64,000 nucleotides of DNA. Source: Candidatus Omnitrophota bacterium. Its GTDB lineage: Bacteria; Omnitrophota; Gorgyraeia; B26-G9. Within the stretch, counting starts at the first letter, position 1. Each line of letters begins with the position of its first letter. Made by a program: the position numbers and the translations under genes. Positions 50,300 through 58,895 of this stretch are shown here, in pieces. The notes beneath the pieces were generated by a model. It was not told where the DNA came from and did not search any database. It saw nothing but the letters and a program-made list of their open reading frames with translations. The DNA is taken from NCBI GenBank assembly GCA_043814605.1, contig JBDRJV010000037.1, positions 163,902-227,901 on the forward strand, written 5' to 3'.

Positions 50300-50417
50300 T
50301 TATAAATTATGAATTACGAATTATGAATGAAAAAAATTAAAACTCAAAGAATGATGGTAAAATAATTTTAACTTGTAACTTTTAACTCATAACTAATAAC
50401 TTTACTGAAGGTAACAC
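50300..50417 (+). repeat. cargo-less cassette remnant: the leader-type and tail-type flank motifs of the four-helix-bundle cassette are fused without the gene
   Basis: 'ttatgaattacgaattatgaatgaaaaaaattaaaactcaaag' (leader-like) is followed by 'ttttaacttgtaacttttaactcataactaataact' (tail-like). Confidence 0.4.
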
Positions 50418-52289
50418 ATGTGCGGAATATTTGGTATTTATTACTCTGATAAATCAAAAAATATTGATCAAAACCTAGTAGTTGATGCGACAAATTTAAT
50501 GCATCACCGGGGGCCGGATGATTCTGGATTCTATGTAAAAAATAATATTGGCTTAGGACACAGGCGATTAAGTATTATTGATTTATCGCATGGGCATCAG
50601 CCGATGTTTAATGAAGACAACTCTATAACTGTAGTTTATAACGGAGAAATTTATAATCACGTTGAAATTAAAACCCAGTTGATTGCAAAAGGGCATGTGT
50701 TTAAAACCAAGTGCGATACAGAGGTTATCATTCATGCTTATGAAGAATGGGGATATGAAAGTGTTGAAAAATTTAACGGAATGTTTGCGTTTATCGTATG
50801 CGATTACAATAAAAAAATATTATGGATAGTAAGAGATAGATTAGGCATCAAGCCATTATATTATTTTTGGGATAAGCAAGTATTTATATGTGCTTCAGAA
50901 ATTAAAGCAATATTAAGCACAAAATTAATAAATGCCCAAATTAATGAACAGGTTTTAGATAGTTATTTTACGCTGGGCTATGTGCCGGGGCCGCAAACGA
51001 TGTTTAAAAATATTTATAAAGTTAACCCTGGTAATTTTTTAATTATCAAAGGCTGTGAATTAATTGAAGAGAAATATTGGGATTTTAATCAGGTTGAAAC
51101 AGGAAGTTTCAATTTAGAAAAAGCAAAGAGTTTAGTTGAAGAAGTGCTTCGGGACAGTATTGCTAAGCGATTAATGAGTGATGTTTCTTTAGGGGTGTTC
51201 TTGAGCGGGGGATTAGATTCTAGTGCGGTTGTGGCTTTAATGAGCGAGGTGGTTAATAATCCGATTAAAACTTTTACCGTTAGCTATGATAAGAAGTTTA
51301 ATGTAGGAGAGGATGAGTATGCTCAAGCTATTGCTAAAAAATTTAACACAGAGCATCATGTTTTTAATTTAGAGCCGGAAAATTTTTTGGCTTCCGTAAA
51401 TACTTTAGTTGATTTTAGCGAGGAGCCGATTGTTGAACCTGCGGCAATTGCTTTGTATCATATTTCTAAACTAGCGCGGGAAAATGCAATTGTGCTTTTA
51501 TCCGGTGAAGGCAGTGATGAAGTGTTTGCCGGGTATTTTCTTTATCAATTTATGAATAATATTAATAAGTTACATCAGGCTGTCCCGCCGTATATTTGGC
51601 GGTTATTTAAACCGACTATGCCGTTGATTAACAGTACAAAATATACTAAGTATTTTGATTGGTTGATGTTACCTGCTGAAAAAAGTTATCTCGGAACATC
51701 AAACTATTTAACGGATTCTTTAAGGCAAAAGTTTTATTCGCCTGATTTTTTACAAGTAAAAGGCAGCTATTTAAAAGAAACTTTTGATAATTATTTTGAG
51801 CGGGTAAAGCATAAAAAAAGTTTTATTAATAAAATGCTTTACGTGGACACAAAAACCTGGTTAGTGGATGACTTGCTGTTAAAAGCGGATAAAATGACTA
51901 TGGCTGCATCCATAGAATTGAGAGTGCCTTTTTTAGATTATCGTTTAGTAGAGCTGGCGGCTTCAATGCCGGATAACCTTAAAATTAATAAAAGTAACGG
52001 TAAATTTATTTTAAAATCAATAATGAAAAATAGATTACCGGATTATATTATAAATCGAAAAAAAATGGGATTTCCTGTACCAACTAAAAATTGGTTTTGC
52101 CAGGATATTTTTGAAAAAATTAAGGATATCTTAATTAGTAAAAGCCATGATTTGCCTTGGTGGAAGAAAGAAATGATTGAAAAGTTACTTAAGGAGCATA
52201 GTTCTAAACAAGAAGATCACAGCAAGCTGTTGATGATGCTGCTTGTGTTTATTAATTGGAAAGATAAATATATTGATGGAAATTACTAA
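50418..52289 (+). CDS. asnB: asparagine synthase (glutamine-hydrolysing)-type amidotransferase with intact Cys nucleophile
   Basis: N-terminal MCGIFGIYY. PP-loop VFLSGGLDSSAV. 623 aa. Confidence 0.75.
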   Translation: MCGIFGIYYSDKSKNIDQNLVVDATNLMHHRGPDDSGFYVKNNIGLGHRRLSIIDLSHGHQPMFNEDNSITVVYNGEIYNHVEIKTQLIAKGHVFKTKCDTEVIIHAYEEWGYESVEKFNGMFAFIVCDYNKKILWIVRDRLGIKPLYYFWDKQVFICASEIKAILSTKLINAQINEQVLDSYFTLGYVPGPQTMFKNIYKVNPGNFLIIKGCELIEEKYWDFNQVETGSFNLEKAKSLVEEVLRDSIAKRLMSDVSLGVFLSGGLDSSAVVALMSEVVNNPIKTFTVSYDKKFNVGEDEYAQAIAKKFNTEHHVFNLEPENFLASVNTLVDFSEEPIVEPAAIALYHISKLARENAIVLLSGEGSDEVFAGYFLYQFMNNINKLHQAVPPYIWRLFKPTMPLINSTKYTKYFDWLMLPAEKSYLGTSNYLTDSLRQKFYSPDFLQVKGSYLKETFDNYFERVKHKKSFINKMLYVDTKTWLVDDLLLKADKMTMAASIELRVPFLDYRLVELAASMPDNLKINKSNGKFILKSIMKNRLPDYIINRKKMGFPVPTKNWFCQDIFEKIKDILISKSHDLPWWKKEMIEKLLKEHSSKQEDHSKLLMMLLVFINWKDKYIDGNY

Positions 52290-52408
52290 TTACGAATTAT
52301 ACCCGCAGGGCACAGGTGAGTTACAAATTAAAAAATAGAATGCAGCAGGTCGCAGGAAAATAAAAAAAAGGTAAAGAAATCACTAATTAATGAATTGCGA
52401 GTTAAGGG

Positions 52409-53611
52409 TTGAAAATAATGAAGGATGAATTTAGAAAATTAAAAATTGTATATCATCACCGTACTCAAGGAAAGGGTGCAGAGGGAGTGCACATTCGAGA
52501 GATAATTAAAGCCTTGGAAGTTGAGGGCCACACAGTTTATGTAGTTAATCCTCCGGGGATTAATGTATTAATGGAACGTGATGAAGCGGATGTGTTTAAA
52601 AAATCATGGCTTGCAAAATTTTGGTCAATTTCAAGTAAGTATGCGCCACAGGTTTTATTTGAGATTTTAGAAGTTTGTTACAACTTTGTTGCTTTTTATG
52701 CAATAAAAAAAATTGTAGAAAAAGAAAACATTGATTTCATCTATGAAAGAAACGCTTTTTTTTGCTGGGCTGGGACAGCTGTTGCCCGGAAATTTAATAT
52801 TCCAATATTTATTGAGGTCAATGAAGTCAGCGGGATTGAACGCATCCGGGGCCAAGTTCTAACAAAGATTGCAAAAAAAATAGAACAATTTAATTTCCAT
52901 AATGCTTATGCCATTATTGTGGTCTCAGAATTTTTAAAAAAACATATTGCTAATATGGGGATAAATGAAGAAAAAATTCATGTTATGCCCAATGCTGTGG
53001 ATATTAAAAAATTTCAATCTAATGAAAATGAGATTAAAACTATTAAAGATAAATTTAAGTTAGGAGATAAAATTGTTTTAGGTTTTGTGGGAAGTTTTGT
53101 TAAATGGCATAATTTTGATTTGCTTTTTAATGTTTTAAAAGAAACATCAGTGCAGTTAAATAAAAATATTTGTTTATTAGTTGTAGGAGATGGCCCGTTA
53201 AGGGAAAGTTTAAAGCTAAAGGTGAAAGAATTAGGAATAGAGGGAAAAGTTATTTTTACGGGTAAAGTATTGCATGCTCAGGTGCCGCAATATATAAATA
53301 CAATGGATATTTGTATTATTCCGCACGCAAATGAGTACCGCTCTCCTATAAAATTATTTGAATATATGGCTATGGGTAAAACTGTTGTGGTTCCCAAAGT
53401 TGAACCGATTGAAAGTATAATTACGCATTCTGAAAACGGATGGATCTTTGAACTGGACAATAAAGATTCATTATTTAAATCTTTGAAATTTTTAATTGAA
53501 AATAAAAATATTCAGGAAGAAATTGGGAAAAATGCCAGAGATTTGGTATTCAATCAATATCTTTGGTCACATAATGCTCAAAGACTATTGTCTCTATATT
53601 ATAATTATTAA
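52409..53611 (+). CDS. family 4 glycosyltransferase
   Basis: ICIIPHANEYRSPIKLFEYMAMGKTVVVPK (E-x7-E-like). Confidence 0.7.
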   Translation: MKIMKDEFRKLKIVYHHRTQGKGAEGVHIREIIKALEVEGHTVYVVNPPGINVLMERDEADVFKKSWLAKFWSISSKYAPQVLFEILEVCYNFVAFYAIKKIVEKENIDFIYERNAFFCWAGTAVARKFNIPIFIEVNEVSGIERIRGQVLTKIAKKIEQFNFHNAYAIIVVSEFLKKHIANMGINEEKIHVMPNAVDIKKFQSNENEIKTIKDKFKLGDKIVLGFVGSFVKWHNFDLLFNVLKETSVQLNKNICLLVVGDGPLRESLKLKVKELGIEGKVIFTGKVLHAQVPQYINTMDICIIPHANEYRSPIKLFEYMAMGKTVVVPKVEPIESIITHSENGWIFELDNKDSLFKSLKFLIENKNIQEEIGKNARDLVFNQYLWSHNAQRLLSLYYNY

Positions 53612-53670
53612 GAAAGTGCTTGCTTCCTGGAAGAATTTATAGCATAATAATATCTGTATAGCTTACGGAT

Positions 53671-56600
53671 ATGAATCTATACAGAAAGGCCATGAAACAC
53701 ATAATTTTAAACTACGTATTAATTCCACTCTTAATAATCTTTAATTTACTTTTTGTCCAAATTGTTCAGGCGGCAACATATTATATGCCGGATAATTTTG
53801 CCAATTTACAAGCAGCATTCTCCGGCATGTCCGGCGGAGATACTTTAATTATCCGGAACGGGACTTATACCGGAGATGCGAACAGGATTACGACGAGTCA
53901 ACGCCCGCCTCAAGGCAATGCCGGAGCCTGGACAATAATTAAAGCGGAAAATGACGGCCAGGTTATTTTTGATGGGCAAAATGTCAGGAATATATTTGAC
54001 CATCAGCCTTCTTCAAGCAATAAGTATTGGCAGTTTGAAGGGCTGATCTGGTGCCGGACTCCGGATAGTAATGTTACTTTGACATATTCTCGTTATGTAA
54101 AATTTCTACGCTGCGGGGCTTTTGGCTGCGGTGCGGGAAACCGGATAAATTTCAATATCGGCCGGCAGAACGAGTATATTTTACTTGAGAACTGCTATGC
54201 CTGGGGCAGCGGCCGGTATAAGTTTTCCGCTTATCAAAGCCGGAGGATAGTTTTCCGGCAATGCGTGGGCCGCATGGATGATGTTAATGCTTTGGGTGAG
54301 CCGATCGCGATTTTTGCCATATATTCGGTGGATGATGTGGAGGTACAGAATTGTATTGCTATAGATTCTAATCAGACTTCGTCCTGGAGTAATGTCGGCC
54401 AATGCAGCGGATCTTTTTTTGTCCCTTCCACAGATATGGATGCTAACCGGGTAAATTTCACGCAATGCATTGCGTTAAACAATCAAATTGCCGGATTGTG
54501 TACGACAGGAAATAGTTCTTACGCGGCTAATGATGTGACGTTCCGGGATTGTGTAGTTTGGAATGTCGGATCATTTGATAACAACGCAATCAACTTATTA
54601 AGAGGTTATAATTCACAACTGCTCAATTGCACCTTTGGCCTGGCTAATGACCCGATAGATACGCATTATTCTTATGATGCTATTGATTTTGATAATAACG
54701 GTGTGTGTAAGAATTCCATAATTTATAATCACAGAGGCGCTGGGGTATTTAATGATTTTGAGATTGAAGATTACAATTGTTTATATGCTAACGACAACAA
54801 CAATAATTCCGGTTTGCATGATATAACTAATGTGAACCCAATTTATCATGCGTCAAATAATATTAGCGGAGCGTTGAGATACATTGTGCGGATTGAAAAT
54901 AATTCTAATTTGAGTACACGCGGCGAGAACAACGCAATTATTGGAGCGAATTGTTTAAAGACTATTGGCGCGCCAGGGTCGTTATGGGGCGAATATGGGT
55001 ATAATACCGTACAATCTACGAATTTATGGCCGTTTCCGTATGAGAGTGTAATTCGTACGGCAATGAGGGCATATAATTCCGGCGGGGTTAGCGGCAACCG
55101 GGGTTTTTGTGTAGATGGCCAGACACTAACCAAATATATTTGGGAATATTTAGGTAATCCGATGCCAACGGAACTTTATCAGGCAAGTCCGCTTACGATT
55201 AATACTACGGCTCTATCTGGTGGTGTAGTTAATACGAATTATCAGCAAACGCTTTCGGCTACCGGAGGAACTGCGCCGTATACATGGTCGATTGTTTCCG
55301 GCAGTATGCCTAATGGCTTAGTGTTGAATGCTTCAACCGGCCAGATCACCGGTATCCCGACACAGGAAAATACATTTAATTTTACGATCCAGGTGCGCGA
55401 TAGTGTAATGGCTACGGATACCCAAAGCCTTTCGATTGCAGTTATTCGGCAGGATACAACTGCTCCACTGATTTCCAGCGTAAATATTTCTAATATAACT
55501 CAATCATCGGCGATTATTTCCTGGGATACAGATGAGCCGGCAAACTCCCAGATACAGTACGGAGTAACTACATCCTATGGTTCTCAGACGGCACTGAATA
55601 CAAGCATGGTGACAGCGCATTCAGTATTAATCGCTAATCTTACTTCTAATACCGGGTATCATTTTAGGATTTTAAGCGCGGATAACTCGAATAATTTAAG
55701 GATTTCCGGGGATTATACTTTTACCACTAATTCAGTGGTTGTTACGGATAATGTTGCTCCACTGATTTCCAGCGTAAATATTTCTAATATAACTCAGTCA
55801 TCGGCGACTGTTTCCTGGAATACAGATGAGCCGGCAAACTCCCAGATACAGTACGGAGTAACTACATCCTATGGTTATCAGACGGCAATGAATACAAGCA
55901 TGGTTACTTCGCATTCTGTTTCGATTGCAAATCTTAATTCTGATACCGGATATCATTTTAGGATTTTAAGCGCGGATAACTCGAATAATTTAAGGATTTC
56001 CGGGGATTATACTTTTACCACTAATCAGGAAGTTATAAACGATAATATTGCTCCGGCAAATATTCAAGATTTAACAGTAGTTTTAACTACAAGTAATTCT
56101 GTAACACTTAGCTGGACTGCACCTGGTGATGATGCTAACAGCGGTACTGCGGCCAGTTATGATATCCGGTATTCAACGATTGGTAGTAGTTGGTATATCT
56201 GGTATTTTTCGTCTTTTGTAAACGGAGAACCCATACCGGCTGTTGCCGGAACAAGACAGACGATGACAATAGCCGGATTATCTTCGGGAAGGACATATTA
56301 TTTTGTGATGAAAACCCAGGATGAAGCGTCAAATGTCTCTGGGTATTCAAATGTTGTGAGCGGGCAAACGCAAAATATAAATGTTGCTGATTCTCAAGCT
56401 CCCTATGTTGAAGCTTGTTTGCCAATATTAAATGGTAGTAATATTCCGCGTGATACCAATATCCATTTTTGTATAAAAGATAATATTTCCGGAGTTGATC
56501 GAAGTACAATAGATTTATCTGTGCAGGGTATAGATATAATCACTAACGGAGGTATTCGCACATATATCGATGCTAATGGTCAGACTCAAGATTATAATGT

Positions 56601-58707
56601 GGAAATCTTCGAAAAAAATTCTCACGAATTTGTGATTACTTATGATCCGGCTGAATATTTCAATTACGAAGATACAATCAATGTTGTGGTTAATGCTAGC
56701 GATTTAAACCAGAATGAAATTGGCGGATACAGTTATTCTTTTAAAGTGCAGGGATTTGTTTACGGGGCATTTAATTCTTTTGGTGGTATGGCTCTGACCC
56801 AAACTCTGGACGATGAAGTTATTCCTGATTCTGTTATAAATCCAGCTCAAGATAATTCTTGCATTGTTGCCTCAACTAATGGAAAAAATGTTTATGTTGC
56901 TTGGGAACAAAGATCTAGTACGGGGGAGTGGAATATTTATTTGGCCTGGTCATTAAATTTTGGTGAAAATTTTACAGGATTAGTCCAGGTGAATCCGAGT
57001 ATATCCGGAATAGAATGCCGTTATCCGGCTTTGGATATTGACACAGCAGGAAATGTGTATGTAGTTTGGCAGCAACAGAGTGCAGGCGCAGGCTGGGATA
57101 TTTATATTGCCAAATTAGATAGCGGCCAAGCAAAGTTTAGTGAGAGTTATGTTATTTATAATGATATTGATGATACTAATCAGACAAAACCTTCAATTGC
57201 TGTGGGCTCTGCTTTAATTTCAGACGGAAATCCGAATACAGCAGAACCAGCGACAATATATGTCAGCTGGCTTGATGATCGTACATCAACAGCTCAAGTT
57301 TATTATACCCGAACAACTGCCGTATACAGTGATGCTTGGTATAGATTTGTGGCTGCGCCTATTCGTGTTGATGATGATCGCTGGCCGCAATATTGTGCAG
57401 ATGCAAATATTATAATTGATAATAACTCAAACATTTTTATCGCCTGGAGCGGAATCAATGATGATGGAAGTTGTAGTGTTTACTTTGACCGAGCGATTAG
57501 AACAATATATGACCGGGCAGAAAATTTTGGGACGGATGTAAGAGTGAATAGTTCTTCCAGCGGTAAGGCCCCATTATTAGCAGTTTCTAATGACGGGAGT
57601 AAAGTATATGTTCTTTGGAAAGAGTTATCTTTCGGGCAGGCAAAGCTACAATTTTCATATTACGGTTATAGCCAGTTACAGCGTAGATATTTACTGAATA
57701 TGTCAACACAAGTAAATACAAGTATACTCACTGAGAATGAACTAAATGAATATTCATTGAAGATAAATAGGGATGATGATGCTTTTGTAGTTTGGAGTGA
57801 ACAGCAGGGTGCTACAAGTATGATTAATATGGCCGGGGCTACATCCGGAAGTTATCAGTTCTTAAATTATGCTAATTTTACAACAGCAGGCAATCAAAAC
57901 AGGCCTTTTTTAGAAACAGATGTGGCAGGATATCATTTTTTTGTTAGCTGGACGGATAACACGAGTGGATTTGAATCAATAATGTTTTGCCGAAATACTT
58001 TTATTGTCACAGATCAGATCAAATCTCAAAAAATAGATAATGAGTTGGGCGGAATCGTGAGAGTTAGTGAGGGCAATATTACGGGTGCATCTGTAGCAAT
58101 AGAGGCAAACTCAATCGATGCTCCGGTTGAAATTACGCTTGCCGAAGTTATTGCATCACCGGCAAATAGTAGTAATATGCAAAAGATTGGCAACGGAGTT
58201 GACTTTGGACCCGGAGGAACAATTTTTAGTATTGATGCGAGAATTACTATTCCTTATACGGATGCGGCTTTATCTTTAGCCGGGATAGCAGATGAATCAG
58301 TATTAAAAGTATTTAATTATAATTTAGAAAAATCTGTATGGGAATTAGTGAATGGAGCAATCGTGAATACAGACGATAATACAGTTTCAGCAGGAATAAG
58401 TCATTTTTCAATTTATACAATAGGCAGGTCTACAGTAGTTGCTGATGCCGGTGGCGGCGGAGGCGGTGGTTTTTGCTTTATTGCCACAGCTGCTTTTAAT
58501 ACTCCGATGGCGAAAGAAGTATGTGTGCTTTGTCAATTTAGAGATAAATATTTACTGACAAACAATTGCGGTATTTGGTTTGTAAAATTTTATTACCATT
58601 ACAGCCCGCCCCTGGCTGACTTTATAAGGAATAAAGAAGGTTTAAAAAGTATAATTAGAGCTTGTTTGAAACCGTTGATAACCTTAAGTGAAATGATTTG
58701 TGAATAA
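53671..58707 (+). CDS. giant secreted surface protein (1678 aa): signal peptide, about 480-aa right-handed beta-helix-like domain, Ig-like/He_PIG-type segment, multiple Fn3-like repeats, large beta-rich region, Gly7 linker and conserved CFIATAAF C-terminal module
   Basis: Cleavable leader ending VQA|ATYYMP. Repetitive N/G/S/T-rich turns typical of parallel beta-helices. GGTAPYTWSIVSGSMPNGLVLNASTGQITG looks like a putative-Ig motif. Fn3-like units ...ISWDTDEPANSQIQYG...YHFRI. The C-terminus is GGGGGGGFCFIATAAFNTPMAKEV...FRDKYLLTN...FYYHYSPP. Confidence 0.7.
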   Translation: MNLYRKAMKHIILNYVLIPLLIIFNLLFVQIVQAATYYMPDNFANLQAAFSGMSGGDTLIIRNGTYTGDANRITTSQRPPQGNAGAWTIIKAENDGQVIFDGQNVRNIFDHQPSSSNKYWQFEGLIWCRTPDSNVTLTYSRYVKFLRCGAFGCGAGNRINFNIGRQNEYILLENCYAWGSGRYKFSAYQSRRIVFRQCVGRMDDVNALGEPIAIFAIYSVDDVEVQNCIAIDSNQTSSWSNVGQCSGSFFVPSTDMDANRVNFTQCIALNNQIAGLCTTGNSSYAANDVTFRDCVVWNVGSFDNNAINLLRGYNSQLLNCTFGLANDPIDTHYSYDAIDFDNNGVCKNSIIYNHRGAGVFNDFEIEDYNCLYANDNNNNSGLHDITNVNPIYHASNNISGALRYIVRIENNSNLSTRGENNAIIGANCLKTIGAPGSLWGEYGYNTVQSTNLWPFPYESVIRTAMRAYNSGGVSGNRGFCVDGQTLTKYIWEYLGNPMPTELYQASPLTINTTALSGGVVNTNYQQTLSATGGTAPYTWSIVSGSMPNGLVLNASTGQITGIPTQENTFNFTIQVRDSVMATDTQSLSIAVIRQDTTAPLISSVNISNITQSSAIISWDTDEPANSQIQYGVTTSYGSQTALNTSMVTAHSVLIANLTSNTGYHFRILSADNSNNLRISGDYTFTTNSVVVTDNVAPLISSVNISNITQSSATVSWNTDEPANSQIQYGVTTSYGYQTAMNTSMVTSHSVSIANLNSDTGYHFRILSADNSNNLRISGDYTFTTNQEVINDNIAPANIQDLTVVLTTSNSVTLSWTAPGDDANSGTAASYDIRYSTIGSSWYIWYFSSFVNGEPIPAVAGTRQTMTIAGLSSGRTYYFVMKTQDEASNVSGYSNVVSGQTQNINVADSQAPYVEACLPILNGSNIPRDTNIHFCIKDNISGVDRSTIDLSVQGIDIITNGGIRTYIDANGQTQDYNVEIFEKNSHEFVITYDPAEYFNYEDTINVVVNASDLNQNEIGGYSYSFKVQGFVYGAFNSFGGMALTQTLDDEVIPDSVINPAQDNSCIVASTNGKNVYVAWEQRSSTGEWNIYLAWSLNFGENFTGLVQVNPSISGIECRYPALDIDTAGNVYVVWQQQSAGAGWDIYIAKLDSGQAKFSESYVIYNDIDDTNQTKPSIAVGSALISDGNPNTAEPATIYVSWLDDRTSTAQVYYTRTTAVYSDAWYRFVAAPIRVDDDRWPQYCADANIIIDNNSNIFIAWSGINDDGSCSVYFDRAIRTIYDRAENFGTDVRVNSSSSGKAPLLAVSNDGSKVYVLWKELSFGQAKLQFSYYGYSQLQRRYLLNMSTQVNTSILTENELNEYSLKINRDDDAFVVWSEQQGATSMINMAGATSGSYQFLNYANFTTAGNQNRPFLETDVAGYHFFVSWTDNTSGFESIMFCRNTFIVTDQIKSQKIDNELGGIVRVSEGNITGASVAIEANSIDAPVEITLAEVIASPANSSNMQKIGNGVDFGPGGTIFSIDARITIPYTDAALSLAGIADESVLKVFNYNLEKSVWELVNGAIVNTDDNTVSAGISHFSIYTIGRSTVVADAGGGGGGGFCFIATAAFNTPMAKEVCVLCQFRDKYLLTNNCGIWFVKFYYHYSPPLADFIRNKEGLKSIIRACLKPLITLSEMICE
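55462..56049 (+). repeat. two tandem 294-bp (98-aa) near-identical Fn3-like coding repeats inside the giant gene
   Basis: Units starting at 55462 and 55756 are about 93-95% identical at the nucleotide level. Confidence 0.8.
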
Positions 58708-58895
58708 TGAGTTTTGCAGGCTGACTTGCAGCTTTTAACTTGAAACCTGAAGCAGTTGAATTATCAGTGTTCACATTAGTTATTACCCCTTTTAAAATCC
58801 AAAAAATAAAAATAATAAAAAGGCTTGATTCTATTTTTGAATCGTAGTATAAGTATACCGGTATAATTTTTAATAATTATTAATTCAAAGATAAA

